From Phoronis australis (Eukaryota; Animalia; Phoronida): 64,000 bases of DNA. How positions within the stretch are numbered: position 1 is the first letter of the stretch; every line of letters begins with the position of its first letter. Where the stretch lies: assembly GCA_002633005.1 (NCBI GenBank), contig NMRA01000804.1:62001-126000 (forward strand), read 5' to 3'. The notes beneath the pieces were generated by a model, which was not told the origin of the DNA, did not search any database, and saw only the letters and a program-made list of their open reading frames with translations. Below, piece by piece: positions 11,392 to 23,016 of this stretch. Both the position numbers and the translations under genes were made by a program.

Positions 11392-12031
11392 GTGAGTTCC
11401 TCTGCGCATTTGACATACCTTTTTTTACCTTATCTTATCACTCTTATCCTGTCACACTCAAAAGGGAGTGTCCACTGACAGGTATTTTCCAAACTAAGTT
11501 TCCTCTTGCCAGTCTCTGCTGCTATTCATGTTCAAGTTCCGGAACTAGGATGTTATGATACTAGAGGGGGTGTGCTTCAATATAAATTTGAGTTGTTGAT
11601 GAAGTTTGGATTGTGTGAAAGTATTCCGCTGGACCGATTTCATTTTCACATGACATTAGAGCGCTGTTCAGCAGTGGCAAGTTGTGGCATTATAGAGTGG
11701 TGTAGTTGTGTAATACAGTAGTGGTGTGGTGATGTGTAATACAGTAGTGGTATAGTATCACATTTATACAACCAGACTTCAGAAGGCTTCATAGTGTATG
11801 ATCTTCCTTTATAACTTGAAAAACCTTTATATCACATGAAATGTCGTAGAGTTGAGTTAACTTGTTGCGTACTGTGTTAAATTTTAGACCAGAAAATTAG
11901 GTATGAAAGATTTATTCCCTCTCCTATTTTGATTACCCAACTTTTAATGCTGTTATAATGTATTGTGTTTTCTATTTGCCAATGCATAGCTTGAAATGCA
12001 AAAGCATTCTTATGACTTGTGAATTTTTACT

Positions 12032-12268
12032 CAATATACAGATGCCAATAGTGAATCAAATAAACACAGAAAAATCAGGAGCTCCAACTGGGAATCGAAC
12101 CACAAGTCTCTAGGTTGCCGGTCTAGTGCTCTCACCACTGAGCTACTGAGGACCCGATATCTGTGCAATTACTGTTTACAGCCAACTGTTATGTCATTCA
12201 TACCATGAGCGGCATTTCACCTTTTTCACACATGACCGGCAATCTGGAGACCTGTGGTTCGATTCCCA
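12032..12268 (-). mobile_element. tRNA-derived (SINE-like) element with an inverted second tRNA arm
   Basis: - strand 12155-12078 has A-box TAGCTCAGTGG and B-box GGTTCGATTCC; 12089-12122 and 12235-12268 are 34-bp inverted repeats (3 mismatches). Confidence 0.8.
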
Positions 12269-12558
12269 ATTTTTAATCAAGTATGGTAAATCTCACCTGT
12301 TTAGGACAAGATATGGATGACAAATGAAATTATATTAATTTCTCATTTTTTCATACAAAATATATTGCACCAAAGTAATGCTTTTCCATGTTCAAGTTTT
12401 GTATGTCTACCATCAATCAAAATTTGAAAACTTCTGGGCACTTACAACAGTGTAAGAAGAACTTCTGAACTTCAGCTACAAGTGCCTAACTATAATGAGA
12501 ACTTTGCTCATTGGTCTAGAGCTACTGTTGACTCATGTCTTGTTCACTTCCTGTCTAG

Positions 12559-12678
12559 ACCCATAAGTTATTCAACGAGTTACTTGAATCAATCCTGGAC
12601 ATGCTGAAGAGAGACGTACCAGACAACTGCAAGAACAGTATGCAGTACTTCACTGTATTATCTACCTACGTACATATG
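12559..12678 (+). CDS. USP24: USP24-like exon
   Basis: THKLFNELLESILDMLKRDVPDNCKNSMQYFTVLSTYVHM; tctag|/|gtaagt. Confidence 0.92.
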
Positions 12679-13008
12679 GTAAGTTATTCAGCCTGCATTA
12701 TAATACTGTACTATCTACCTTCGTACATATAGTAAGTTATTCAGCCTGCATTATAATACTGTACTATCTACCTTCGTACATATGGTAAGTTATTCATCCT
12801 GCATTATAATACTGTACTATACACCTTTGTACATATGGTAAGTTATTCAGCCTGCATTATAATACTGTACTATCTACCTTCGTACATATGGTAAGTTATT
12901 CAGCCTGCATTATAATACTGTACTATATACCTTCGTACATATGGTAAGTTATTCAGCATGCATTATAATACTGTACTATCTATCTCGGTACATTTGGTAC
13001 GTTATTCA
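12652..13008. repeat. 53-bp tandem repeat (~6.7 copies) spanning an exon/intron boundary
   Basis: actgtactatctaccttcgtacatatg|GTAAGTtattcagcctgcattataat. Confidence 0.97.
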
Positions 13009-13369
13009 TCAGACTATATTGCAGCCCAATGTTACACATATTGTTAGACATACGCATGTGTTGTGTTACACACCTGTATAGTGGTAGTGAGATGTACAGC
13101 ATGTAAGTACTAGGGCAAGGAAAATAACATAATTGGTTCTGGCCTGTGTTTTTGTTTTAAAAATTGGTGATCTATTTATTCAGACCAAAATCAGTTTCTA
13201 TTTATTGGCCTTACTATATTTTACACCTGTATGTATGTACATATGAATTAAATATATATAGCATATTTTTTTCATATTTTTATTTTGCTCTAGCATGATA
13301 ATTACAAGTCGTATAAAACAATATACTATACATCGTTTAAGTAACATTAAATCATTACTCAACAAGTAC

Positions 13370-13800
13370 CGTATCTCCTTCAGGATGTAATTTAATAAAG
13401 TTAATGAACAAACTTTTGACTAAATATATATTAATTTTTTGCTAGCATGATCAACAAATTAATATTACAATTTTCCGACTGAATGTTTCCCAGAAAGCCA
13501 AAAAACACTGCTATCTTGTCCACGTGAAAATTTACATGATATGTTTGTTTTAACCAATCAACAAACAGGAGCCAGAAACCGGAGACAAGACAACATTCCC
13601 AAAACAGATGGAGAAAAGTATCACTGTGTTCACCACAGAAAGAGCATAAATCACTTGTTTTTATTTTAATTTTATGTAAATAACTATTAGTTGGCAATAT
13701 TCTGTGAATTAAGCGGTATTGAAACCAACACAATTGTGTATCTTTTGTACAATTGAAGGGGAGTTTATTTACTTTTCTCCACCATGTATCAGAGTCACGA
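13370..13800 (-). mobile_element. 5'-truncated L1/Tx1-type LINE fragment (ORF2 C-terminal zf-RVT region)
   Basis: WWRKVNKLPFNCTKDTQLCWFQYRLIHRILPTNSYLHKIKIKTSDLCSFCGEHSDTFLHLFWECCLVSGFW: typical FQYR..HRIL.TN...C..C....E...HLFWEC. Confidence 0.88.
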
Positions 13801-13965
13801 AAATTTATTTATAACACCGTTTTTATCTATCTCAGATGACCACTTGTTTTTATATATAGCATATTACTATACTTTGCAATGATTCTTTCAACAGGGCCTC
13901 TATACTCTAACAGAATATAACCTGTGATGAACTCAATGTCTTCAATACCATGCTTTTTGTGACAG

Positions 13966-14061
13966 GGTACCAAGGCAGTAACTCACATGTTCCTACACAA
14001 TGCCTTCCCGCGATTGGTGGAATTTCTACTGGGCTCATCAGCCAATGGCAGCGACACTCAG
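13966..14061 (+). CDS. USP24: USP24-like exon
   Basis: GTKAVTHMFLHNAFPRLVEFLLGSSANGSDTQ; gacag|/|gtaatc. Confidence 0.88.
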
Positions 14062-14452
14062 GTAATCCTTCGTATGCTGAGCTGTCTTACTTGTAGCAAT
14101 AGTAATCGGTTTTTGAACAGGTTTCATTAAAATACCTTTGATTATAATTACATAATAGACATCATTCCTGTGGGTACACCACTTGTTATGTCTAAATCAA
14201 ACCTGGAATGTACCAGGAAAATATTCAGACAACTTCATTCATATTTGTCACATCAGGTAATTGTTATTTTGAATTCTTTATTTACATATGCTATTCCTAT
14301 CTATGTTTTACTCCATTTTAGGCAGTAATCTGATATGACGTTCCCACATTTTGAGAACCAGTTTGATGCTCGATATTCAGGGGAGAAAACTGGGCATATT
14401 ACATCTGGCTATTACCCCATTTTAGTTGTGTGCTGTTCTTTTGTTTGAGCAG

Positions 14453-14561
14453 GAGTCATCTCGTCGGTGGTCATCAGTACAGTCACGGGAGTTTGCTCCC
14501 CTGCACAACACGTTGGCCTTGTTGATACTCAATTGTAATGTGTCGCAACACCATTCAGAGG
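14453..14561 (+). CDS. USP24: USP24-like exon
   Basis: ESSRRWSSVQSREFAPLHNTLALLILNCNVSQHHSE, resembling USP24 RRWSSAQAREFGNLHNTVALL. Confidence 0.93.
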
Positions 14562-15618
14562 GTGAGTGATTCCCTGTTAAAGAGCTATTGTGTGCACACA
14601 TCCCGGGCTCACAACTAATGTGTCTACTATCTTGGGACACATTACAGTATTTCAGTAGTGAACCCCAGCTAAAGGACCCTCACAGCGTTAATTAGGTCAA
14701 ACCAAAATCGGGAAGTTGTCTGTGGTGACTCTTCCACTCAGTGCTTGTTTTTATCATGTGCAATATGGAATGATAGGTCACTGTATTAAAAAATCATGAA
14801 CCAAAACTCTGGTTTCATAGATGGCATTGCATGGGGCCATAAAATATCAGTGTTCCTCTAGTTGTGGGGTGGAGATCATCGGTCGTACTTCTGACGTACT
14901 AAATCTTGGTACCAAACTTGTTTGAAGTTGCAGGTTTGTTTGTCCTCAGAGTGTTGCATAAACTATACTGTCTACATGGGAAGAGCATTGGTTGATATAC
15001 AGGGACAACCTTGGTGTAATCCTTGCATGGAACAGATGTTTGTTTTCTCCCGTTGTCATGACTACCAGGGTGTCATGGGGAGCCTGTTTCCTGAAGAATC
15101 TATTTGCATTTTTCTTTCAACTTTGGAATAAAAATAAGTCTTGGGATGGCTAAACCTGTTTCTTGAAAACAGACAAAGGCTGAAAGTTAGGAAATATGTC
15201 TACAACTCAAAGTGAAAAGACAGAAATCCGTAGTCTGCTAAACAAGACGGAAGACAAAACATAACTTTTTTTGCAGTACAATTTCTGACTTTTAGCTAAA
15301 GTCCAACGACAAAAGCCCCTAGTGTCTCTGAGAAAGAGACCCCTGGTGTTTATTTTTGACATTTCTGTTGATATTTTGATGGGTATGAAAAGTGTTTCAG
15401 TGTTGATTAATAATCGTTTACAGAGCAACGATATAAGTGCATTTGTGTAATCATTTTAATTTTGGTGACCTGTTTCAGCTCTGATAACATCTGACCTGCT
15501 TCAAGTGACTGCATATCACTTCCTCTAAGTTTGAAACCTTGAAGAAAGTGTGATAAGTAAACTCAAGAACTCGTGTCTTTAGTGTGAAGTGGTTAATTAG
15601 TCATCCTGTTGATTTCAG

Positions 15619-15737
15619 ATCCCCAGAACTATGCAATCCGTTACCCAGAATGCACCAGTCCCCAGATCTATCTGCGCATGTCTCAGGAGATGGCTGCCAT
15701 TGTGTTCCATGGACGGTCTTCCTCTTATGTGAAAGAG
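15619..15737 (+). CDS. USP24: USP24-like exon
   Basis: DPQNYAIRYPECTSPQIYLRMSQEMAAIVFHGRSSSYVKE; ttcag|/|gtgagg; phase fits both neighbours. Confidence 0.82.
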
Positions 15738-16181
15738 GTGAGGGAAAATAATATGCAAAAACAGCGTTCTCGTGGAAAAGTTATCATTTTTTAATTAATT
15801 CTTTAATAATGTTAGAAATAGTGCGCTATAAATGGGAATGAATTTGGAAACATTGGGTATGGTTATACTCTATTCTAGTGTTGTGAACGCATAAAAGTGG
15901 CTTTCGTTCGGCACAAATCTCAAATTGTGGTGAGCAGGATAGACTAAGTAGACAGGGACAAAAGCCAATGTCATTCATTCATACATATTGCGACATTGGA
16001 CTTATAATGTGCACATCATTTGAATATCCCACTACTATGCAGTGATGATGTGATGGTCACAGTGAACGCCGTTAAATCTAACAGGCCTTAAATCTACATT
16101 TAAATCACAGAATTACAGTAGTGTAGTTGATGCTGTACATTGTCCACCAAGTACTGTGTCGCCAACTATCCGTAGAGATTA

Positions 16182-16932
16182 TTTTTATGCCGTCATCTGT
16201 GTCCGTCACCACCTAGACTAGTGGCTCTTTTTGTTATTTTTGAGTCTGTTTTTGACGTCCGCTTCTCAGTCGGCCAAACCACTCTTAGGAATATTAATGA
16301 AAATTGAAGTATATCTTCTTACTGGGAAGAGAACAAGTCATGTTACGATGATTTTTGGACAGTGCCGACTATTGTGGCGTCTTCTAGTAGCAGTTTTGCT
16401 TTCTTTGCGTCCGTGGCTGTATCTCCTAAACCATCTGCAGGATCTGACAAGTGTATTTGTATGAAGGTGACTAGGGATGACGATGGCTTTGTTCCTGATG
16501 CGAAGACCCCAGCTGACGTTGATTTTTGGATGTTTTTGACTATTCTGGTGCCCTTAGGGACAATCTTGCTTTTTTGCATCTATGGCTGTATCTCGTTAAT
16601 TCTTTGACGGATCTTTGTGAAAGTTGGTGGATGGGCACCTATAGTGATGGCAACGGATGACAATGAATTTCAGACCAATAGGACCATAGCTGGGCCCCCT
16701 AGGGTCAACTGGTTTTACGTTTGCCTCTATATCTTAGGAGTTCCTTGGCTTATTTTCATGAAATTTGTCAAATAGTTGTGTATTACAGAGACAACGCCAC
16801 CTTCTCAATTCAGATGGGTTGACATATTCTGCGTCATTTAATGGCTTTTTTATTATTAATACTAAAACACTCATAGAAGCACACTTTGCGGTGCTATCGC
16901 GGGCACATTTCAACGCTCCGCGTTGCTCTTGT
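16182..16932 (-). mobile_element. pearl/CvA-like HINE (non-autonomous Helentron-type) element, short copy
   Basis: - strand starts acaagagcaacgcggagcgttgaaatg (identical to 49946) and ends gatgacggcataaaaa; shares internal subrepeats with 49945-51649. Confidence 0.75.
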
Positions 16933-17192
16933 ACCAATAAGTATGCTGTTTGCCATGTTATGCAACACATTAAAGGAATTTAATAACATGAGTAAAATCA
17001 AGTCTAATTGGAATGTTAAGCACATAATACCAGTCTTATTGGAATGTTTAGCGTGTGGCAACATAATACCAGTCTTTTCACCATGGATGAATTCTCCTAT
17101 TGTGAAGTGTGCTTACAATGTCCTCAATACTGACACTGGCTGCTGTCAGTCAGTCTATGTTGTGTGACCTCTGAACTCTAATCCTTATCCAG

Positions 17193-17306
17193 GTCATCCA
17201 TGCCATCCGTGAGATCGGCAGCCATCTTGATGCCGTGGAGGACATGCTGGTGTATTGCAGTTTCTGCAACTCTAACTTTTCGATGACTGTTCTCAAGCAG
17301 ATTATG
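17193..17306 (+). CDS. USP24: USP24-like exon
   Basis: VIHAIREIGSHLDAVEDMLVYCSFCNSNFSMTVLKQIM; tccag|/|gtaagg. Confidence 0.92.
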
Positions 17307-17781
17307 GTAAGGTTGACTTGACCCGGTTTAAGTTTGTGGGTAAAAGATTACTCATCCTAGGCTCAAGTGACAGTACAGTGCAGACAAAATGTATCCGGGT
17401 CAACGTTTTTGTTTGGCCTATCAATGATAATGCACTTGTTGTGCGTGGCTGAACTAAAAGAGAAGTTTGAGAAGATTGCAACGTGTTTCCTTTACTACAA
17501 TTGTAATTTCACGTATCAAATTGGGATGATTGGGATAAACTTGGTTCACCTTCATGAGTAGCAGTTGTACATGGACAGCCTCGTCTATATTGTGACATGG
17601 CACTTAAAAACATAGCTTTCACAAAGTGTAAATATTGCCAGCGCTCACGCTACTGAGGTATTTGCATTTTGTTGATTTTTGTTTTCTGGTACATCAAGAG
17701 CTTTTGTTAACTGCTGCATGACAAGAGATAAAGTAGCTATGCAGCATTTTAAAAACTGACTTTTTCTGCGTTTCGTTTCAG

Positions 17782-17847
17782 CTTCAGTATAGTAACGCCC
17801 CCTGTAATGAGCTGAAGGGAATATTTGCTGTGTTAACCAATTTACTG
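17782..17847 (+). CDS. USP24: USP24-like short exon (66 nt)
   Basis: LQYSNAPCNELKGIFAVLTNLL, cf. USP24 NQLETAPPHELKNTFQLLHEIL; ttcag|/|gtgagt. Confidence 0.88.
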
Positions 17848-18035
17848 GTGAGTAGACTGTTAGTTTCAAATTCAGTGCATGTCCTGGAGAACTGTCACCT
17901 TGTCCAGTGTGTTGTGTCTCTTAAGGTTCTTAAGTCATTCTTTGATTTCAAGGGAGATAATCTGTTGCTAGTGTGTACTGGATGTGTGTACGTGATTCTT
18001 GTTTATCTTGACTCTTTTGACATTGGTCGTTTTAG

Positions 18036-18126
18036 TTGCTCAAAGATCCACTGCAAATGAAGCGCCTGCAGTGTGTCATCGATGGTTATGTGGACGAAAG
18101 TGGAACTAACTACGAAGGAATGTTGT
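18036..18126 (+). CDS. USP24: USP24-like exon
   Basis: LLKDPLQMKRLQCVIDGYVDESGTNYEGML; tttag|/|gtaagt. Confidence 0.9.
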
Positions 18127-18737
18127 GTAAGTTTGCCGTGTTGATCACTCATTACCACTGGGGACCGCATCTCTTTTAAGTCTCTAAAGCAGGTTTTTCA
18201 ACTGAACTTTGAAATGAGACTCAAATATTATTATCTGAGTCGGCGTGTTTGAACAAAAACATTTGATTTGCCTATTGATTTGCATACCAAGTGTAAAATT
18301 TTAACATCTTTTTAAAGAGTGATTTTCCAACTGATCTCACATTTGAAACGTACAATTAATCAGAGTGTTTTAAGATAAAACTTCAGCAGTGACAGATTAT
18401 TTGAGGAGTGTAACATCATATAATCTGTGAATTAGTCCTTAGGGTTAGGGTTCCCACCCTGTCTCTCACCATACCATACTCACCATACTTTTCCTTTCTG
18501 CTCGTGTGGTTGAGTAATCAGTCACTGACATTTTTTGCTAAAAAACTTAATGGTTTGATCTTTAGGTACGTGCAAAAAGTCTTTATTTAAAATGATGATA
18601 ACTTCAGATAAAATCTTTAAAAACACAATCAGTAATCACTTAGTTACTGAAATTATTTCAACTCACCAACCTGATTCCTCTTCAAAATCTGCTGCCTTTG
18701 ACCTGTCATTCTACTGACCTTTAACCTTCCATTCCAG

Positions 18738-18892
18738 CTGTAATTAAGGCGTGCCACCAGACAGATAGCAGGCGGTCATACCAGTGTATCAAGCTACTGG
18801 TCAGTTTGTCGTCACAGTGTGCACTGGTCAAGGACTATCTGCTGCAGACTCCTACTAAGTGGCAGTGGGCGGTCAACTGGCTCAAGAAGAAG
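18738..18892 (+). CDS. USP24: USP24-like exon
   Basis: VIKACHQTDSRRSYQCIKLLVSLSSQCALVKDYLLQTPTKWQWAVNWLKKK; tccag|/|gtaggg. Confidence 0.94.
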
Positions 18893-19657
18893 GTAGGGCG
18901 AGCCACTGGCATATAACCAACTGTCTAATAGTAGCCGTTTTTATTTACTTTTACCCATCTCAACATCTAGTTGGCAACACAAGTTAACCTATGTGCATTT
19001 AAACCTAATTATAGTCAGTTGATGGGGATGACCCAGGCTAGCAATAGTCTGGTCCCAATTGGGGAGCATCCTCAGGTTGTTGTGAATAAACCAAACAGTT
19101 TGTTTGAAAAACGTTTTGCTTCCAAAGGACAGTAAGTGATGTCTTTGACAAAAAAACAAGTGAGATAATTACATCTTATTGTTCCATTTTTATGCCAATT
19201 AGTGCAAGAAGCAGTGCTAGTCTGATTTATAGTGAGGGCTTTAATTTCACCCACTGTATTTTGCATTAGATGATTATCAACCAATTTAAAGAACTTTTGA
19301 TGTCAGCCACTCAATGGTTATAGAGCTGGTATCATCTTTTTGATTACTCGCATTAGAAATGTTTTCTAGGATTTAGAAGACATGACAGTTATTACTTCAT
19401 CGCAGGTTCATTATATAAGTTTTTCTCACAGCTGTCCAAGGAGGATGTCTGCCTCTGAAAATTCATGCTTTTTATTGGAGCTAGTTTCAGTTCAAACGAA
19501 AAGTGATGTCGCTTTGAGAGAGCAGACCTCCTTTTGAAGAAAATTGGTTTTCATGCCAGAATCTGGTTTTTAGCAGTTTTAAGAAATGTTAAGAAACCAC
19601 CCATGAACCTCGCCACATCCCTACCCATCATTGAAGTAACCTTTGAGCCGTTTTCAG

Positions 19658-19750
19658 ATGACAGAGTACTACGCCCCCCAGGCCAATTCGTCATCCAACG
19701 AGGACTCCAGTACTAACACCAAACTGTTCCAGAGAACCATCAGCGCACAG
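19658..19750 (+). CDS. USP24: USP24-like exon
   Basis: MTEYYAPQANSSSNEDSSTNTKLFQRTISAQ; ttcag|/|gtgacg. Confidence 0.93.
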
Positions 19751-19935
19751 GTGACGCTCTATTGATTGTTTTGTCTTCTCAGATGTGACCGCACTGTCTT
19801 CAGTCTACTGCATCACTTCATAATAGCAAGAATCCAGTCAACAATATTTAATGATTTAAGTTCTCAATGTCACTTTCTAAAGATCAGTGTGGATAGTCGG
19901 GTCATGGTAATAGCTGGATAACTGTGAAGGGGAGT

Positions 19936-19982
19936 CTCAAGAAGGGGTGTCCCAAGAAGGGGTGTCCCAAAAAGGGACTCCC
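19936..19982. repeat. 15-bp tandem repeat x3
   Basis: caagaaggggtgtcc-like. Confidence 0.75.
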
Positions 19983-20610
19983 CACTTAATTATGCCTACA
20001 TCAGAAAGACATATGACTCACTGGTGAAGAAGTCATGAAACTGGACTGAGGTTATGTGCATTTTAAATCATCAACGCTGTTATTTTACACCTGAATAAAA
20101 CTGACCAGGGGCCCATTTCAAGAAACTTGGAATGGGCCCGAGAACTTTATTTAGGATGCGTCCATGGCGACTGACTCAAATTTAGTCACTTTTGTTAGAA
20201 TGACCTATTCAGCATTTTGGACACACAATGTTACTGGGGTCCAGTGTCTTGGAACTATGATATACGATTGGATAAAGTTCATCGTAGACTCATGTCTCCA
20301 TAGTAACGTACCACGATTTATTTGCACTGTGGCTGAAACCTTTCACATGCTGTTGATGATGAATGCCCTGGGAAATATTGGGGAAACCCATTTGGATGAC
20401 CTATTTTTGAAATCCTGGATGAATGCCTGAATGGGACCCCTGTAATTTGAAGATTAGCAGCAGTTGAATAGTGAGCGTTAGATGTGCCTTTGTCAGAAAT
20501 GCTGTGGTTCAGTTTGGAGAAGGTGATTCTGTGTAGGATTTGCGTTTCCTGGTGTTGTTGATGAGTTGTTCCCAGCACCTGATGCTACGGTGGGAATCTT
20601 GTGTTTGCAG

Positions 20611-20799
20611 GATACGCTCGCTGAGGCCACCGCCATATTGGATGAGTTGGAGACCCAAGAGAATAGTGTGTCTAAGATGGACACCAACGGCAGCGGTGAT
20701 CACGCGGGCGTGGACGGGGACACTGGAGAACACAGCATGTCAGTGGACAAAGGCAAGGACGTTGTAGTCAATACTCAGGATGAGGTTGATCAATTGTAA
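20611..20799 (+). CDS. USP24: USP24-like terminal coding exon
   Basis: ttgcag|DTLAEATAILDELETQE...DEVDQL*; cf. USP24 DTLAYATALL. Confidence 0.92.
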   Translation, partial: DTLAEATAILDELETQENSVSKMDTNGSGDHAGVDGDTGEHSMSVDKGKDVVVNTQDEVDQL

Positions 20800-21191
20800 C
20801 ACAGTCCATGATTGGCTGGTTTTGTATGACACAATTCGGCAACACCAATCAAATTTTCTAGCAGTTGTAATGCCACCTGTGGTTGGCTGTTTTTGTATGA
20901 TGCGCTTCTGCTACTGCGGTGAAGTTTATTTTTAAGTAATATAAAGATTGGAGTGGTATCCTCATGAGCGACACACCATAGGAGGCGGGGGGGCTATAGC
21001 CCCCACTTTTTTCAGTGCTGCGCTGCCCATTATACTGTGTACTTTTTTGTGTGTAAGGTGTATTTTCTGTGCGTGATACTACCTGGACAGTATTGGGTGC
21101 GCAATAATCTGTGGTTATACTTTGTATATAATTGCACATGAGATAGTATGGTGGCATTCTGATATAGACTGCTTTATTAACTGCTACTGGT

Positions 21192-21365
21192 AGTGAGTAG
21201 TGAAATAGGGGCAGGTCTGGGCATAGTATAGGGGACTCACTGTATCCAGTGAGTAGTGAAATAGGGGGAGGTTTGGGCGTAGTAGAGAGGGACTCACTGT
21301 GTCCAGTGAGTAGTGAAATAGGGGGAGGTTTGGGCATAGTAGAGGGGACTCGGTGTGTCCCGAGT
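21192..21365. repeat. ~57-bp tandem repeat x3 in presumptive USP24 3'UTR
   Basis: agtgagtagtgaaatagggggaggtttgggcatagtagaggggactcactgtgtcc. Confidence 0.9.
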
Positions 21366-22008
21366 AAAATTAGTAGTAGCAATAGAAGTAGTAGCTTTAG
21401 GACTGAGGAATGTGATAATAAATAATTGCATTACACCAAAATGATCCATGATTCTCCGCTATGGTGGCTCAGTGCAAGTGGAATAATGACTGAGTTCAAA
21501 TAAATTTCACTGTCGTAGAGGGCAAGATAATGAGTTCTGACCTGCAGGGATGACGAAACACTTTTTTGTTGTTTTGACATGCATTGTAGGCAAATGAAAT
21601 TTTTTTGCACTTCAGAATCAGGCCGGACTTTATAATCATTCTTTTTGTGAACTCTTTGTACCAACGCCTGTGTTTCATTACAAAATTGAGGTTCTCGGAA
21701 TTCACCACGTGGTGCTAATTAAACAAATCTTACCCGTCTGTCTGCTCCTATTTAGTTGTTTGGTGAGACGTCCGTTTCGCCAGTGGCCGCATGCTGGTGA
21801 ACTTTCTGGTGTCACCGACACTTTGTTGAGTGTGTCAGTGAATGGAATGTAGAGTTGACTGTGGGAGGTATCATGATGTTGACGAGTGATTGACAGCGAT
21901 CTCATAGCAACCTGTTATTTTGAGTAACCAGTTATTGTCAGATAATTCAAGTAGAAATGAGATAAAAGGATAGCGTAGGCAGAATGTGTTCCTTTCTTAG
22001 AATCTGGG

Positions 22009-22173
22009 TGCCATTAGATGGCTAGTATCAATGGTTATGATCATTTCATGCCATTAGATGGCTAGTATCAAATGGTTATGATCATTTCATGCCATTAGAT
22101 GGCTAGTATCAAATGGTTATGATCATTTCATGCCATTAGATGGCTAGTATCAAATGGTTATGATCATTTCATG
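22009..22173. repeat. 40-41-bp tandem repeat x4
   Basis: tgccattagatggctagtatcaaatggttatgatcatttca. Confidence 0.95.
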
Positions 22174-22876
22174 ACTGTTTCTATTGCTGTATAAATATCA
22201 CTGTTTTGATATTTGATTGTGTATGAGTGACTGTGTCATGTACACAGTGTGACCCCACCCCAAATCCTTTTATGGTGTGACCCCGCCTTCAAATCCTTTT
22301 GAAACATGGAAAGCTTTATTCACCAAAACAAATTAAGTGATTGTGCAAAATAATGTGGTGTCAATCTAGATTGAAATCAAGGTGTTGATCAAATTATGGA
22401 TTAACCAAGTCTTGCTTTCCTGTACTTGTCTGTGACGCTGGTTTACAAGATGAGTGAGTTTCAAATAATTTGTCGGACTAATTTTAGACATTTTAAACTC
22501 AATATGTCAATGGAGATTTCTTGTTAAAATTTCAATCATGGTGAATGCGAGTGGTTACTCCGCTAACTGAACGCGCCAGAGCATCTTTTGTTGGAGCATT
22601 CTTGGTGTTATGTTGCCACGGAAACTCGGGGCTTACACTAGAGGAAGATGAACTTTGTATAGTCCACTCTGAGGCTGTGCCTACAATTTGTACGATTGAA
22701 GGTATGGTTTGGCACCATGAAATTTCTGCTGCTGTTCACAAATATTCAGTAATGTATTTGTAATGCAAAGATTGTTATTGAAATAATGTACGAGGATACA
22801 GATGGAAACTCTAAAGACTCCATTATTAATGAATTTTCTGAGAAAGATTTTAGATTTGTCACTCAAGTTACTGGCA

Positions 22877-22882
22877 AATAAA
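22877..22882 (+). terminator. candidate poly(A) signal of USP24-like gene
   Basis: AATAAA followed by T/GT-rich tract, close to where strand composition visibly flips from T/G-rich to A/C-rich. Confidence 0.45.
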
Positions 22883-22936
22883 ACTTTCGACTTTTTTACT
22901 GGCTTGGTTCTTATTCATATCACGCGTACTTCAAGA

Positions 22937-22942
22937 TTTATT
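22937..22942 (-). terminator. candidate poly(A) signal of ARRDC-like gene
   Basis: TTTATT on + (AATAAA on -); an alternative lies at 23204-23209. Confidence 0.3.
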
Positions 22943-23016
22943 TGTCAACAGTAACCATGGTTATCTGTTAATGCAAACTGAACAAAACATATGGATAAAG
23001 AAAGCCGGGTCAGTGT

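Noticed and set aside
12078-12155. Functional tRNA gene (GGC/GCA-like anticodon loop)
   Set aside because: Acceptor, anticodon and T stems pair imperfectly, and it sits in a dispersed repeat with a degenerate second copy
20858-21382. 174-aa minus-strand ORF with PKPPPISLLTG repeats
   Set aside because: Driven by the ~57-bp tandem repeat, antisense to the USP24 3'UTR; no homology recognised
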